This document shows, one piece after another, positions 27,701 through 37,423 of a DNA stretch of 62,739 nucleotides. Location: positions 1 through 62,739 of the IMG/VR virus record IMGVR_UViG_3300041935_000004; one strand, written 5' to 3'. The notes under the pieces were generated by a model. It saw only the letters and a list, made by a program, of their open reading frames with translations, made no database searches and was not told where the DNA came from. Each line of letters begins with the position of its first letter. The first letter of the stretch is position 1. The DNA comes from a virus. Its lineage: Duplodnaviria > Caudoviricetes. The position numbers were made by a program, and so were the translations under genes.

Positions 27701-30700
27701 ATTCCCGAGCTTGCCGCCGACGCCGCGAACTGCGCGAACGCGGGCTTGATGTTCTTCTCGTAGTAATCGGCGAACTGCTTGACCGCCGGGGACGCGGTGT
27801 CGTAGTCCTTTGTGGTTTCGTTGCGGCTGGCCGTGGTCGTGGCGGCGGCCAATGCCTGCTGCTTGAGCAGGTTCGCCCGGTCGGTGCGCGCCTTGGACAA
27901 CGCCGTTTCCGCGTCGTTGATCGCCTTGGCGTCATCGATCTGGGCTTCACGTGCCTTTGTGGACGCAGCCGTCACCGACAGCTGGGCGTCGGCCACAGAA
28001 TCCACGGCGTCCTTGAGCGCGGCCTGCGCAGAGATGACGTCGTCGTTCCCGGCCAATCCGTCCTGGTCGTACTTGGCCTTCTTCAGCGCGTTCTCAGCCT
28101 GCGTGGCCTGAAGACTCTTGAGGCTGGTCTCCTGCGTGTTGTACGCAGCCTTCGCCGCTTCAATGTCCGATTCGGACGCAGTCGGGTCGGCGTAGAGAGC
28201 GTTCAGCTTCTCCTTGGCCTGCGTGATCGACACGACAGCCGCGTACTGCGCGACCTGGTTGGCCTTGATCTCGGCCGTCAACTTCGCCAGGTCGACCTTC
28301 GCCGACTTGTACGCGTCGTTGAGTTTCTTGCGGGCGGCCGTTTCCTTGGTCTGGGCCTGGGTGAGGTTCTTCTCCGCAGCAGTGACGGCGAGGGCGTTGT
28401 CCCGGGCGTTGCGCGACGCGGTGGTCCGCGCGGTACTCAGCGTCTCCTGCGAAGCGGCGATAGCGTCGTTGGCGTTCTTCACCGCGATGGCATTGGACAG
28501 CTCGGTCTGCGCGTCAGATGCGGCGTTCGCGGCGGCGGCCTTCTGCCCGGCTTCCTTCGCCTTGATAGCGGCGGACACCTTCGAGAAGGCCAGCGCGAGC
28601 ACGCCCACACCCAACGCGGCGGCGCCGAAGGCGGCACCCAGGGTGATGACCAGACCGGTCAGGCCGATGATGGCGGTGGCGGCCAGGGGGACACCCAGGA
28701 CGATCGCGCCGATGAACGCGACGGCGGCGAGGTTGGCCAGCTTCGCGGCCGGTGTCATGTCGCTGAAGCCCTCGAACAGCCCGAAGATGCTCTTCTTGGC
28801 CACCTGCGATTCCGCGCCGACGGACTTCAGTAGCGCCGTCGTTTCCCTCAGCCCGGACTCCGCTTCCAGCTTCACATCAGCGGTCAGCGGCTTCTTGATG
28901 ATCTGCTGCAACTCCCGGTGCAGCGCCACGGCGCGAGCGATCACCTGGGCCGGGGACAGGTCCACGCCCACTTGTAGTTTCAGGTCACCGGCGGCGGCGC
29001 GGATCTTGTCGATCTGCTCGGTGGCGGCGTTCTTGTCCGCAGCGATACGGAACTTCGGGAGCGCGTTCTCCAGCTTCCCGAACTGCGCCGCGAGGCTCTG
29101 GACGAGCGCCCCGGCGTTCTTCTGCAACTCCTGGGCACGCAGCTCTGGGGTGATGTCCTTGCCGTGAAGCTCGTTGACTTTCTTCAGCAGATCGTCGCTT
29201 GCCGCGCCGGCCGCCTTGAAGTTGGTGATCAGTTCCGGGCTCAGCCCCGGCAGCGACGCCAGATCCTTGAACGCCTCGGACGTCGCTCTGACCCGGGTCA
29301 GCAGCTGGTCGGTTCCCAGGTCCCCGATCTTGGTGGCGTTGAGATTGGTGACGTCCTCCACCATCTGTGCGGTTTCCCGCTTCAGATCCGCCGGGAGGTT
29401 GCCCAGCAGATCCACGTCGAAGCCGTCACCCAGGGCCTTCTGCATGGCCTGAGCAACGCTGAGGATTTCTGACTTCAGCGAACCCAGTTCGCGCGTGGCG
29501 GGCTTCGCGTCGCCGCGAAACTTCTCCAAGTCGGTGATGAGGCCGCCAACAGTCTCGCCGGACTTGGGGATCGCCAGATCCAGGTCCACGCTGACGCGGC
29601 CGAGTCTCTTGATCTCCTGAAGGTCCTTCGACGCGTCTTCCAGCACCTTGACCTTGTCGGGCGTGGGCAGGTCCAGCACGTCAGCGACGGAGGCGTCTTT
29701 GAGGGTGTTGAACACCTTCTCGTAGCGCTGCTGAACCTCCGGGGCGTTGTCCCGGGCAGTGATGATCGGGTCGGGCAGGTCGGCCAGGACGCTGCTGAAC
29801 GCCTGCTGCACCTTCTTGGCGGCAGCACCGGCGTTGATCTCGGTCTCTTTGAAGTCGACCTTCGGCGTGAAGTTCTCGCCGGCCACCCCGTCGGTGAAGC
29901 CCTTCAGACCCTTGAGCGCCGACCGGGCCTGGTAGTTGATCGCCTCACCGAACTTGGTATCGGTGAGCTTCTCCAGCCGCGCCTGAATCCGTTCGGCGGC
30001 GGCCAGCAGATCCTCATCGTTGAACTTCGGCGTCAGTTTCCGGGCGGCGAGCCGGTCCATCTGCTTGCCGATGCGGGCCAGTTCCTTCTCCGCCGGGGAC
30101 ACGTCGGCGTCCACGGGGATTTCCAGGATCTTGCCCGCGCCGGCACCCAGGGCGGCGCGCAGATCATCGACGAACGCACCTTGGCGCAGCTTCAGCTCGA
30201 TCGGCTTCTCGACCTGGGCCTTGGTGATCGTCGCGGCGGCGCTGAACGCAGCCAGGTTCTTGAGCGCCGCTTCAATGTCCAACCGCAGGCGGGCGTCGGT
30301 GGTCTTCGCGGCGAGGGCTTCCAGGGCGGCACCCACGGCCGCCACGCTCGCCACGGCCTCGGCCGCGTCGATGTCGATACCGATGCGCTTGGAACGCAAT
30401 CTGGTCAGGTCGCCGCGGATGACCTCCAGCTCGTCCTGGGCCTTTTTGGTCCCGGTGACCTGCATGTCGATCTTGGGGGTGGGCAGGTTGGTCAGGGCGT
30501 TACGCAGTGTGGTGTTGAGCGTCTGCGCGAACTGGCCGGTCGTGGTGTTGACCGACAGGACTTTCTCTTCCAGCGCCGCGAGCGCCGCCGTGCTTTCGGC
30601 CAGGTTGACCTTCGCGTCGATCGTGATCTGCGATTCGGCTTGCAGCTCAGCGATCTTGACGCGCAACTTCTGGACCTTGCTGAGGAACTTCTCCGAACTC

Positions 30701-31098
30701 AGATCAGCGTCAATGGTCAGATCGGTGAGGGTCGCGGTCTTCTCGCGGATCTTGTCCAGCTGCTTGTCGAACTGCTTGGTGTTGCCTTTGATGTTGATCT
30801 CGGGCAACGCCGCTTCCACGGCCTTCAAGGCGGCCTTGGCCTGACGCCCGAACGCGCCGGCGAAGTTCTTCCCGGCCTTTTCCCCGGCGTCGGTCGCGTC
30901 AGCGTCGGAACCTTTCAGGCCGTCCTTGACGCCGGCCTTCGTCTTCGTCTTGATCTTCTCGCTGAACTGCTCACCGATTTTGTCGGCGACGGCGGCGGTC
31001 TGCGGAAGTATCTGCGCCGAGAGCGCAGAGAGGAACCCGTCGGCCGAAGGCACGATATTGACGGCGACAGCGCCGACTGTGACCTTGCCTTCGGGCAT
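24721..31098 (-). CDS. Tape measure protein with C-terminal cell-wall hydrolase-like domains
   Basis: 2125 aa Ala-rich helical; follows chaperones; SGYR..HG..AVD..HYNHVH and ESTW..AYGIPQ..WGLDYIKSVYG motifs. Confidence 0.95.
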   Translation of the reverse strand: MPEGKVTVGAVAVNIVPSADGFLSALSAQILPQTAAVADKIGEQFSEKIKTKTKAGVKDGLKGSDADATDAGEKAGKNFAGAFGRQAKAALKAVEAALPEINIKGNTKQFDKQLDKIREKTATLTDLTIDADLSSEKFLSKVQKLRVKIAELQAESQITIDAKVNLAESTAALAALEEKVLSVNTTTGQFAQTLNTTLRNALTNLPTPKIDMQVTGTKKAQDELEVIRGDLTRLRSKRIGIDIDAAEAVASVAAVGAALEALAAKTTDARLRLDIEAALKNLAAFSAAATITKAQVEKPIELKLRQGAFVDDLRAALGAGAGKILEIPVDADVSPAEKELARIGKQMDRLAARKLTPKFNDEDLLAAAERIQARLEKLTDTKFGEAINYQARSALKGLKGFTDGVAGENFTPKVDFKETEINAGAAAKKVQQAFSSVLADLPDPIITARDNAPEVQQRYEKVFNTLKDASVADVLDLPTPDKVKVLEDASKDLQEIKRLGRVSVDLDLAIPKSGETVGGLITDLEKFRGDAKPATRELGSLKSEILSVAQAMQKALGDGFDVDLLGNLPADLKRETAQMVEDVTNLNATKIGDLGTDQLLTRVRATSEAFKDLASLPGLSPELITNFKAAGAASDDLLKKVNELHGKDITPELRAQELQKNAGALVQSLAAQFGKLENALPKFRIAADKNAATEQIDKIRAAAGDLKLQVGVDLSPAQVIARAVALHRELQQIIKKPLTADVKLEAESGLRETTALLKSVGAESQVAKKSIFGLFEGFSDMTPAAKLANLAAVAFIGAIVLGVPLAATAIIGLTGLVITLGAAFGAAALGVGVLALAFSKVSAAIKAKEAGQKAAAANAASDAQTELSNAIAVKNANDAIAASQETLSTARTTASRNARDNALAVTAAEKNLTQAQTKETAARKKLNDAYKSAKVDLAKLTAEIKANQVAQYAAVVSITQAKEKLNALYADPTASESDIEAAKAAYNTQETSLKSLQATQAENALKKAKYDQDGLAGNDDVISAQAALKDAVDSVADAQLSVTAASTKAREAQIDDAKAINDAETALSKARTDRANLLKQQALAAATTTASRNETTKDYDTASPAVKQFADYYEKNIKPAFAQFAASAASSGILLSIEGFFTKLQPLLPQLNALISTVGTSVAGLIGDLGDVAASPAGKGFIAFLTKEVPKAFDLFGSAAKIAGPFAIHLIEALAPVADKLGPILVDMLGKIADKFSAFADKKNGGLNDLIDQMVKYAPQVISFLGDLFSALGTVAEGLAPLGALAAGALNQLFKLIDTIGPGGIQVILTVLLALWARAQAKKLFSFGSEVVGDAKAVGGGLKSLRDKFLALEGPAGKLRSFFGSDKGSINFGAFATKAKAAGSAIAEVTGKMIASTVQVVKNTAAWVANAARLVAQKVAMIAVRVATAAWAAVQWVLNAAMSANPIALVVIAIVALIGFVVYAYFHFDKFRHYVDLLWDVFKQFLAWWIKYSPIGLIIQGVMALIHHWDDITRATRVAFEAIRAAIARAIEWIVDHWHAFTDGVASRWHGMLDGIRDGATAAWRFITDHVSSFLGGIENAFHNGVSAIGRAWGVLRNFLAVPIHGYFAIINDGLIGNINTLLSHFPGSLHIDDIPEPAFIKEAAATAHFAKGGVIPGYEPGRDTVPAVLSKGEAVLVPQVARQIGPAQIEEWNRRGLAGMPIQFFATGTGSVDLVPRITAFERQSGVPFTVTSGYRAGDPGYHGKHMAVDAADSTQNMASLAKWLYGRAPYLLELIHSGGPGYFVKDGSTTSADTYRSVVAEHYNHVHTAMSEAGLLAAKVGAVDADADNSSDGGIVGTLLSTFKNALAAPAQKLLAEYGDTPLVKALAGTPEMFASKITKYVTDKVKALGDKILGFGKSVLNAGKSVLDRLGITSSDEDEDTSVLGTQARKLGVQASGSVAAAYAKTQLKSHGWGAEQMAALAELWDGESTWRWNATGDPVHVRGLSGLYSAYGIPQSLPGSKMATAGSDWKTNAFTQVDWGLDYIKSVYGDPTRAYGKWLSREPHWYDQGGYLPPGLTLTMNGTGKPERILTDEQWKAMREQRSSSVGVVVRVEDGAVPGLISAEVDHQFGRLADASIYGGA

Positions 31099-31101
31099 GA
31101 C

Positions 31102-31895
31102 TCACTCCCCTCTGCGTTCGCGGACCAGCGCCAGGAAAGCCAGACCCTCAGCCGAGGGTGGCGTCTTCTCGGTTTTCTTCTTCGGGTCCACGACGCCCGG
31201 GCGGGGCGTGGGACTGGGCTTGTTCGGCTTTCCGCCTTGACTGGCGTACAGGCCGTACTCCACCCATTTGAGATGGTCGATCACGTCGAACAGGATCATG
31301 TCCTGGCGGCTGAGCGAACCGTGCCCATCAGTCGGGTGGTCCTCGGCGTACTGCGCCAGCTGCTCATCGGTGAGCTGGTCACGGATAGCGGTTTTCGTGG
31401 CCGATTCCGGCGGGAGACGATCGAGCAGGACGCGAACCCGGCGGTAGGTCAGCCCACCGCCGGGTTTCCACACATTCCGCAGGTCCGCGTCGTTGCCCGA
31501 ATAGTAGAAAGCGAAATCCCCCTCTACCTCGTCCGCGAACTCTTCGAGCGTCGCGACGAGAGAGAAGAGGTCTTCGAGTTTCCCTCCCCGCTCGCAGCGT
31601 TCAGGTTCTTCATGAACTGCTCGACCTGCTCCAGCGTCGGATCCACATCCATAAACACTTCGAAGTCGTCCGTGGACGCCAGGGCCTTGGCCGCCCACCC
31701 TTCGAAGTCCCCGGCGCGCATCGCCGAGAGGCTGGAGACCCGCCACATCTTGGGGGGCAGCACCCGCACCGACTGGCCGGGCACCAGCTCCACCAGTACC
31801 GGCCCGTCGATGTCGTCGAGCACCTCGGTCTGCAACGCGGCGATGCGGTCGACCTCGCCGCCGTCCTGGTCGATGACCTTCGCGGCGCGGCTCAT
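31102..31895 (-). CDS. Tail assembly chaperone, long form via -1 frameshift (gpGT-like)
   Basis: Slippery GGGAAAC at 31584-31578 joins an open -1 frame ending at 31102 (LTYRRVRVLLDRLPPESAT). Confidence 0.8.
31524..31895 (-). CDS. Tail assembly chaperone, short form (gpG-like)
   Basis: Between major tail and tape measure; ends ...GEGNSKTSS. Confidence 0.85.
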   Translation of the reverse strand: MSRAAKVIDQDGGEVDRIAALQTEVLDDIDGPVLVELVPGQSVRVLPPKMWRVSSLSAMRAGDFEGWAAKALASTDDFEVFMDVDPTLEQVEQFMKNLNAASGEGNSKTSSLSSRRSKSSRTR

Positions 31896-32464
31896 GAGAG
31901 CTGCGCCAGCTTGTAGAAGCGCTGCACCGCGACGCCATCGGCGCCGGGGTAGGCCGAGATCGTCAGGGGGTATCCGACCAGGTCATCGCTCTTGTAGACG
32001 ACGTTGCCCTTCTCCGTGACCTCGCCGAGGGGGATGTAGATGCGGATGAGGTTGGTGGAGCCGTCCATGACGTCGAAGACGAACGCGCGACGGTCGGGCG
32101 CCGGCTTGTCCTGTTCGGCGATGGTGAGGATCCCGGCGCCCGGCCCGGTGGTCGGCACCGTCAGGCTGGTCTGCGGGATCTTGTGGTAGAGCGACAGGAC
32201 GGTCTTGTTGGTCTCCCAGCACGTCACCGCGAAGGTCTTGGTGCTGGAGGTGACCTGGGTACGGATCGGCGAGAGGGCACCCCACGGGGTCCACGACGTG
32301 CGGGACTCATCGACGGCGGCGGTCATGCCGTCCTGGCTGATGTACCCGAAGTCGTTCCACGCGGCGGGCAGGGCGGAGAAATCAATGGGCGCGGCCGTGC
32401 CGCTATCGGCGGTGTAGCCGACGCCGGACGCGCCGACCAGCGCAAGCTGAGCGTTGCTGGACAT
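31892..32464 (-). CDS. Major tail protein
   Basis: FGYISQDG, TPWG, RRAFVFD, GYPLTISAYP. Confidence 0.9.
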   Translation of the reverse strand: MSSNAQLALVGASGVGYTADSGTAAPIDFSALPAAWNDFGYISQDGMTAAVDESRTSWTPWGALSPIRTQVTSSTKTFAVTCWETNKTVLSLYHKIPQTSLTVPTTGPGAGILTIAEQDKPAPDRRAFVFDVMDGSTNLIRIYIPLGEVTEKGNVVYKSDDLVGYPLTISAYPGADGVAVQRFYKLAQLS

Positions 32465-32540
32465 GTAATCGCCTTTCTGCCACTGGGCAGCACGAACGGC
32501 CCTGCCCGCCGAATGCGGGAGGGCTAGGAATTGCGGGAAG

Positions 32541-32936
32541 TCAGGAAACGATGTGGACGTACAGCCGGTAGGACGCGCCGAACCGCCGTAGTGACGTGTT
32601 GTCATACGGCCGGAAATTCGGGGCTTCTACCGTGTCGACGCGCGTGAAAACGGCGCCGTCGATCTGCGTGCCCGCCAGGACGAAACGCAATTGGTAGCGG
32701 GCCTGTTCGGCCAGGGCCACCGCCGACGCCCGATCCGGGCCGTAGGCGTCCACGTCCAGCAGGACTTCATCCAGCCCGGGTGCGGCATCACCGCCGCCGT
32801 AGCGGGCGATCTGCAACAACGGAATCTGGTTGACCAAATTCGCCGGAAGGTCGGTCAGTACCCGGCAGTTGAGTGCCGATCCCAGCCAGGAGACCAGGAG
32901 TCTTTCCACGTCCACATACGGAAGGGCGGAGGTCAC
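32541..32936 (-). CDS. Tail terminator
   Basis: DVERLLVSWL...RYGGGD...DVDAYG; synteny. Confidence 0.8.
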   Translation of the reverse strand: MTSALPYVDVERLLVSWLGSALNCRVLTDLPANLVNQIPLLQIARYGGGDAAPGLDEVLLDVDAYGPDRASAVALAEQARYQLRFVLAGTQIDGAVFTRVDTVEAPNFRPYDNTSLRRFGASYRLYVHIVS

Positions 32937-33130
32937 GAACCGTTCGCGGCGTTGTTGGTCGCGTCCTTCTTGCTGCCCTTCCCTGCCTTCTCACCGTCGG
33001 CATAGCGGGCGCGGCCGGTGTTGACCAGCGAATGCGCCTCGGCCGCCGGCAGCGACTCGGTCTTACCTTCCCGCTCACGGTCGAACGGGTCGAACGCGAT
33101 GATGACCTTCACCTGCTCTTCGTCACTCAT
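32933..33130 (-). CDS. Small hypothetical protein
   Basis: EAHSLVNTGRARYA; coupled. Confidence 0.6.
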   Translation of the reverse strand: MSDEEQVKVIIAFDPFDREREGKTESLPAAEAHSLVNTGRARYADGEKAGKGSKKDATNNAANGS

Positions 33131-33530
33131 GGAACTTGGCCTTTCTGTTTCGGCTGCCCTTTTCGGTGTACCGATCCCGGCTGAAATCGGCCTGGCCCAC
33201 AGCACGCCGCAACACCCGATAGGGCTGGATGTAGTTGTTGCCCCACTCGATGTACAGCGCGTGCGTGGTGTTGTTGATCAGCTGGGCGTAGGCGCGCCGG
33301 CCTCCCCTGCTGCTGGGGCCGACGCCACCCTTCACTTCGAAGGAAGATTTGTATTTGGTGGTGTCCACCGGAGCCATCGCGATGGCTCGCTCTTTCGCGG
33401 CCTCGGCCAGGGAGCGCAGGTGCCGGACGATGTAGTCCGCGCACACCAGATGCCGTGTCCCGTTGGGGTGCTTGGCGGTGCTGAAGGTGCACGTCACGTC
33501 ACCCTGGCGGTAGACGGCGGTGTAGAGCAT
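33123..33530 (-). CDS. HK97 gp10-like neck protein
   Basis: APVDT...HALYIEWG...YRVLRRA. Confidence 0.8.
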   Translation of the reverse strand: MLYTAVYRQGDVTCTFSTAKHPNGTRHLVCADYIVRHLRSLAEAAKERAIAMAPVDTTKYKSSFEVKGGVGPSSRGGRRAYAQLINNTTHALYIEWGNNYIQPYRVLRRAVGQADFSRDRYTEKGSRNRKAKFHE

Positions 33531-33883
33531 CAGCCGGTGACCCGTCGCAGCTGGACCTCGGTACCGGCGCGGCTGGACGTGAACGGGCTTTTCAGCCACG
33601 GAAACGAGTCACCGACGACGGCGTATTCAAGGCCGTCCAGAACAAATGTGTCGGTAGATGCCGGTGCCGCGCCTACGTGTGGGGGCAGCAGCAGCGTGAC
33701 GCCGGTGGTGACAGTGTCCTGCGTGGTGACGTCCGGTTCGGTCGATACGGTGGGCCACCACACGCACCCGCTGATCGTGGTCGACACGTCCTGGCGCACG
33801 TCGTTGCCGTACTGGTCGACGCCGATGAGTTCTTCGCTGACATAGACCGCGTCCCCGGCGTAACCGAACGCTGGCTGGCTCAC
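33530..33883 (-). CDS. Head-to-tail stopper
   Basis: DQYGN...YAVVG...SPFT...LRRVTG. Confidence 0.8.
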   Translation of the reverse strand: MSQPAFGYAGDAVYVSEELIGVDQYGNDVRQDVSTTISGCVWWPTVSTEPDVTTQDTVTTGVTLLLPPHVGAAPASTDTFVLDGLEYAVVGDSFPWLKSPFTSSRAGTEVQLRRVTG

Positions 33884-34569
33884 GCCTCGGCGTCCCAGGC
33901 CCGCCACCGGGCATAGCGCGGGGAGAACTGGCTGGGGCTCATGATCAGGGCGGCGTAGCCGCGCCGGGCGCCGGGCGTCGTCCCGGTCAGCAGGGCCAGA
34001 TCTTCGTCGGTGAGGGTGAGCAGCCCGGTGGCCTGCGTCCCGGACGAGCCGTAGGTGACGCTCCACGGGCCGACGGTTTCAGCGGCGACACCACTGGGGT
34101 TGCGCAGCACCCGCATCACCATCTGCGCACAGACCAGCTCGGGGATCCCGGCGTTCAGCGCACCGGAGATGACGCGGGCGTCCACACCGGGGACTTTCGC
34201 CCGGATCAGTTCCGAGGCGTACCGGCACAGCACGTCGCAGCGGCTGGCCTCGTCCGGACTCAGGTCCCGCCACATCACGGCGATGGTGGCCGAGGTGGCG
34301 AACGGGGCGGGTCCACTGGCGGTGTCGGTGACGGTGACGGTGTAGGTCTCCGTGGCCACGGCCGCGCCGGAACCACGGAACTGCACGCGCCACACGCCCA
34401 CCACATCGGGGATGAACGTGAACGGGAAATTCGCCGGGTCGGTCGTATCAGGCGCGACGGGAACGGGCGCGGCCAGGCCGTAGGGGGCGATGACCTGCGC
34501 GGTGACCGAGATCCCGGCGACGGCTTCGAACGTCAGCTCGACGGCGTCACCCACGTTAGTGCTAGCCAC
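33880..34569 (-). CDS. Head-to-tail adaptor with N-terminal Ig-like domain
   Basis: FAT...WRDL...MVMRVLRNPSG..ETVGPWS. Confidence 0.85.
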   Translation of the reverse strand: MASTNVGDAVELTFEAVAGISVTAQVIAPYGLAAPVPVAPDTTDPANFPFTFIPDVVGVWRVQFRGSGAAVATETYTVTVTDTASGPAPFATSATIAVMWRDLSPDEASRCDVLCRYASELIRAKVPGVDARVISGALNAGIPELVCAQMVMRVLRNPSGVAAETVGPWSVTYGSSGTQATGLLTLTDEDLALLTGTTPGARRGYAALIMSPSQFSPRYARWRAWDAEA

Positions 34570-37054
34570 GGGTCACCTTGCCCTTCGCAGGAGTTTTCGC
34601 GGTGACGGTGGCGGCAGGGGCGGGTGTGACCACGACGGGCACGGGCGCCCGGTAAGCCGGTTTCGTCGCGACGGCGATGATGGGGCTGGTGTTGGTGACG
34701 GTGGCCGGCACCCGGGGAATGACCAGGGTTGGCAGGGTCCGGACGATCGTGTGGGGAACTTCGGCCGGTGGAACCTTCGTGCCGACGATGCGGTAGCGCA
34801 GGGCAGCGGCACCCGAGGCCCCGCCGCTAAAGTCCACAGGTGCCGCGATCAGGCCCGTAGCAATGACGGACCCGCCCGTGGCACCCTGACCGCCGTGCCG
34901 CCCCCGTAGCCGTGCCACCGCTACGCGGAGGTCCTCCCCGGACATCGCTCCTTGACGCGATGGCGCGGCGGTCAGGCCCACGGTCGACCGGAGAACCCCA
35001 TGGACCTGACCGCGTGCGGCGCGCGACCCACGCGCCGCAGCGCCGAGACGGAAACCTCCCAGAACCGCCCCGGCGTCCGACCGGGCTCCGGTGACGTGTC
35101 CGTGCCCGGAGAATCGACCGGCCACGCCCAGCGCGATGCCCGCGCGACCGGCTACCCGACCAGAAACCCGGAACTGACCGCGTGTCGCCCCGGTCCGGCT
35201 GGTCGAGCTGGTGGCCGTACCGGGCGCCGCAGCCGTCCCGTGAACACGTGACGAACGCCCGGCACGGCCAGTCGTGGACCCGGCCACGTGCAGCACCCCG
35301 GGCAGGGCGGCACCGCGGCGAGGTGTGATGGAGGTCAGGCCCGGCGTGGTCCCCCAGACGCCGACGCTCGCGCCCCCCCGCCCGGCCTGACCGGTCAGTG
35401 TCGCGGCGTCGCTGACGCGAGTGCTTCCGTGCACCGCACCGCACCGCCCGGTCAGGCCGGAACTCGTCCCCGTGACGGCCTGGCCGCCGGCTACCTGCCC
35501 GGCACGGGCGGCCTGACCGGTGATCCGCGACGCGGACGGCGACAACGCACCCAGAACGGATCCGCCCGCGCGCCCGGCCAGGCCGCGTGATGATCCTGTC
35601 AGAGCGAAGTTGCCGGCCACACGCCCCACGCGGTGTGACGACCCGGCGCGGTGACCGGCAACAGTCAAAGATCCCAGCGTGTAGCCGTCGCGGGCCTCGG
35701 CACTGGACACACACCCACGCGGGACCAGGCGCCCGGCGACGGCGCCCCGGCGAGCGTTCTGCCCCCCCACGGCGCCAGGAGCGTGGAGAACACCGTGGGG
35801 GGAGCCGAAGTGGCCGGGCGTCCCCTTGGCGGCTCCAGAACCGGCAGCAAAACCGGCGAGCACACCAAGCCGCGTGGAACGCCCGGCCCCGGACCCGGCC
35901 AGGGCGGCAACCCCGGCCACGAAGCCTCTGTGACCAGCGCTGCCCCGACGTCCCTGACCGGTGACGACCAGACCGCCGGTGACGCTCGCGCGTCGGGCAC
36001 CTCGTCCGGTCGTTCGTCCGGTGGAAATGATCTGCCCGTGCGTGGAAGCGAGACGCCCCGCGACCCCACGAACGGACCCGGCGATACTCGGCGTGCCGGT
36101 GATCGTTCCGGCCCGAAGCGTAGAGACCGCGAGGGTGGTACGCAGCCCCGTCGACCCCGCGACAGCGCCTCGGCGGGCGGCGCGGGCCGTACGGGTACTG
36201 GTGAACGCGGCAGTCGCAGCCAGGCGGGTGGAGCGGTCGGGCCGGACGGTGAGAGCCCCCGCAATAACCGTCCGGCCGCTAACGCCACCGCGCCGGCCGC
36301 CGCGCGCGACCCGCGCTCCCGTCAGGGACGAAGTCCCGGTGGTGACGCCCCGCTTATTCCCTCGCCCGGCACGCACACCGGCGGTAGCGGCAACCCCGCT
36401 GACCGGATTCTTACTGTTCTTACGTCCCGCGCGGGTACCCGACACGCCCGTGGTTTTGGTGACCGCTCCCCGGGCGGCCTTCCGGCCGGTCCGGGTTCCG
36501 GTGAGTATGGGTGTTCCGGCGACGTCCCCGGCGGGATGCCACACGACGGTGAGAACCGGCTGGAAGCTGCCGTTATCGGCAGTGAACCAGCTGAACGCGG
36601 CACCCAGGCCGCTCTTGGATGCCCGCAACCCGAACAGGGCCAGGGCACTGCCGTTAGTCCAGCTGGGCTGAAAAGTGGCCTCGGCCACGGCCGCGGTGAC
36701 CACAACCGTGGACACGCCGCCCAGCAGCACCGCCTGAAGCGTGCCGTAGGCGGCGGCGGAAGTTTTGGTGCGCGCGGTCGCGTCCGGCCCGGAACTGATG
36801 GCGGCCGACGCGCCTTTCTGCGCGGTGACGACGATGGTCTCTGAGGCCAAACTCAGCAGTCCCGAACTACCGCTCAGCGCCAGTGACGCGGAGTCGACCA
36901 CGCACCGGCGGTAGGTCGGGACGCTCAACCCTTGGAAACGGAAGAATTGCTGACCGTTGTCGAAGTTCTCGGTGTTGCTGGCCGCGCCGAGTGTGGACGC
37001 GGTGTATCTGCCGTCGTCGGTCCCAATCGTGAGGGTGGCCGTCGAGGTGGGCAT
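34562..37054 (-). CDS. Arg/Gly/Thr/Ala-rich repetitive virion-associated protein
   Basis: 830 aa; globular N-terminus then a long basic quasi-repeat. Confidence 0.7.
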   Translation of the reverse strand: MPTSTATLTIGTDDGRYTASTLGAASNTENFDNGQQFFRFQGLSVPTYRRCVVDSASLALSGSSGLLSLASETIVVTAQKGASAAISSGPDATARTKTSAAAYGTLQAVLLGGVSTVVVTAAVAEATFQPSWTNGSALALFGLRASKSGLGAAFSWFTADNGSFQPVLTVVWHPAGDVAGTPILTGTRTGRKAARGAVTKTTGVSGTRAGRKNSKNPVSGVAATAGVRAGRGNKRGVTTGTSSLTGARVARGGRRGGVSGRTVIAGALTVRPDRSTRLAATAAFTSTRTARAARRGAVAGSTGLRTTLAVSTLRAGTITGTPSIAGSVRGVAGRLASTHGQIISTGRTTGRGARRASVTGGLVVTGQGRRGSAGHRGFVAGVAALAGSGAGRSTRLGVLAGFAAGSGAAKGTPGHFGSPHGVLHAPGAVGGQNARRGAVAGRLVPRGCVSSAEARDGYTLGSLTVAGHRAGSSHRVGRVAGNFALTGSSRGLAGRAGGSVLGALSPSASRITGQAARAGQVAGGQAVTGTSSGLTGRCGAVHGSTRVSDAATLTGQAGRGGASVGVWGTTPGLTSITPRRGAALPGVLHVAGSTTGRAGRSSRVHGTAAAPGTATSSTSRTGATRGQFRVSGRVAGRAGIALGVAGRFSGHGHVTGARSDAGAVLGGFRLGAAARGSRAARGQVHGVLRSTVGLTAAPSRQGAMSGEDLRVAVARLRGRHGGQGATGGSVIATGLIAAPVDFSGGASGAAALRYRIVGTKVPPAEVPHTIVRTLPTLVIPRVPATVTNTSPIIAVATKPAYRAPVPVVVTPAPAATVTAKTPAKGKVTRG

Positions 37055-37057
37055 GAA

Positions 37058-37420
37058 CTACGTGGTCATCGTTTCCGACGCCGACAGCAGCGTGTATGTT
37101 CCCTGCCCGGCGTAGGTCTCCGGGATCGGCAACGCCCGGCTCCACAACACGTCCCCACCGGTAGCCGCAGTCCGGAACGCCACATGCGTCACGGTGGACC
37201 CGGCCGGAATGTTGAACAACGGCTGGTTGCTCAACGCCAACGTGTCAGTGGTGGGCGTCGTCCACGTCGCTTGTTGCGCGGCGTATACCGGGGTGCCGCC
37301 GGTCAGCTCGTTCGCCCCGGCCGACCCGGGATCACCGGTGTGCATCGACACGTACTTGGCGGCGGTGGCCAGCGCGGAGAGCGCGACGACTTTACCGGCG
37401 TTCTGGTAGCCGACTGTCAT
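37058..37420 (-). CDS. Virion structural/fibre protein
   Basis: SMHTGDPGSAGANELTGG..Y motif seen in actinophage structural proteins. Confidence 0.7.
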   Translation of the reverse strand: MTVGYQNAGKVVALSALATAAKYVSMHTGDPGSAGANELTGGTPVYAAQQATWTTPTTDTLALSNQPLFNIPAGSTVTHVAFRTAATGGDVLWSRALPIPETYAGQGTYTLLSASETMTT

Positions 37421-37423
37421 GGC

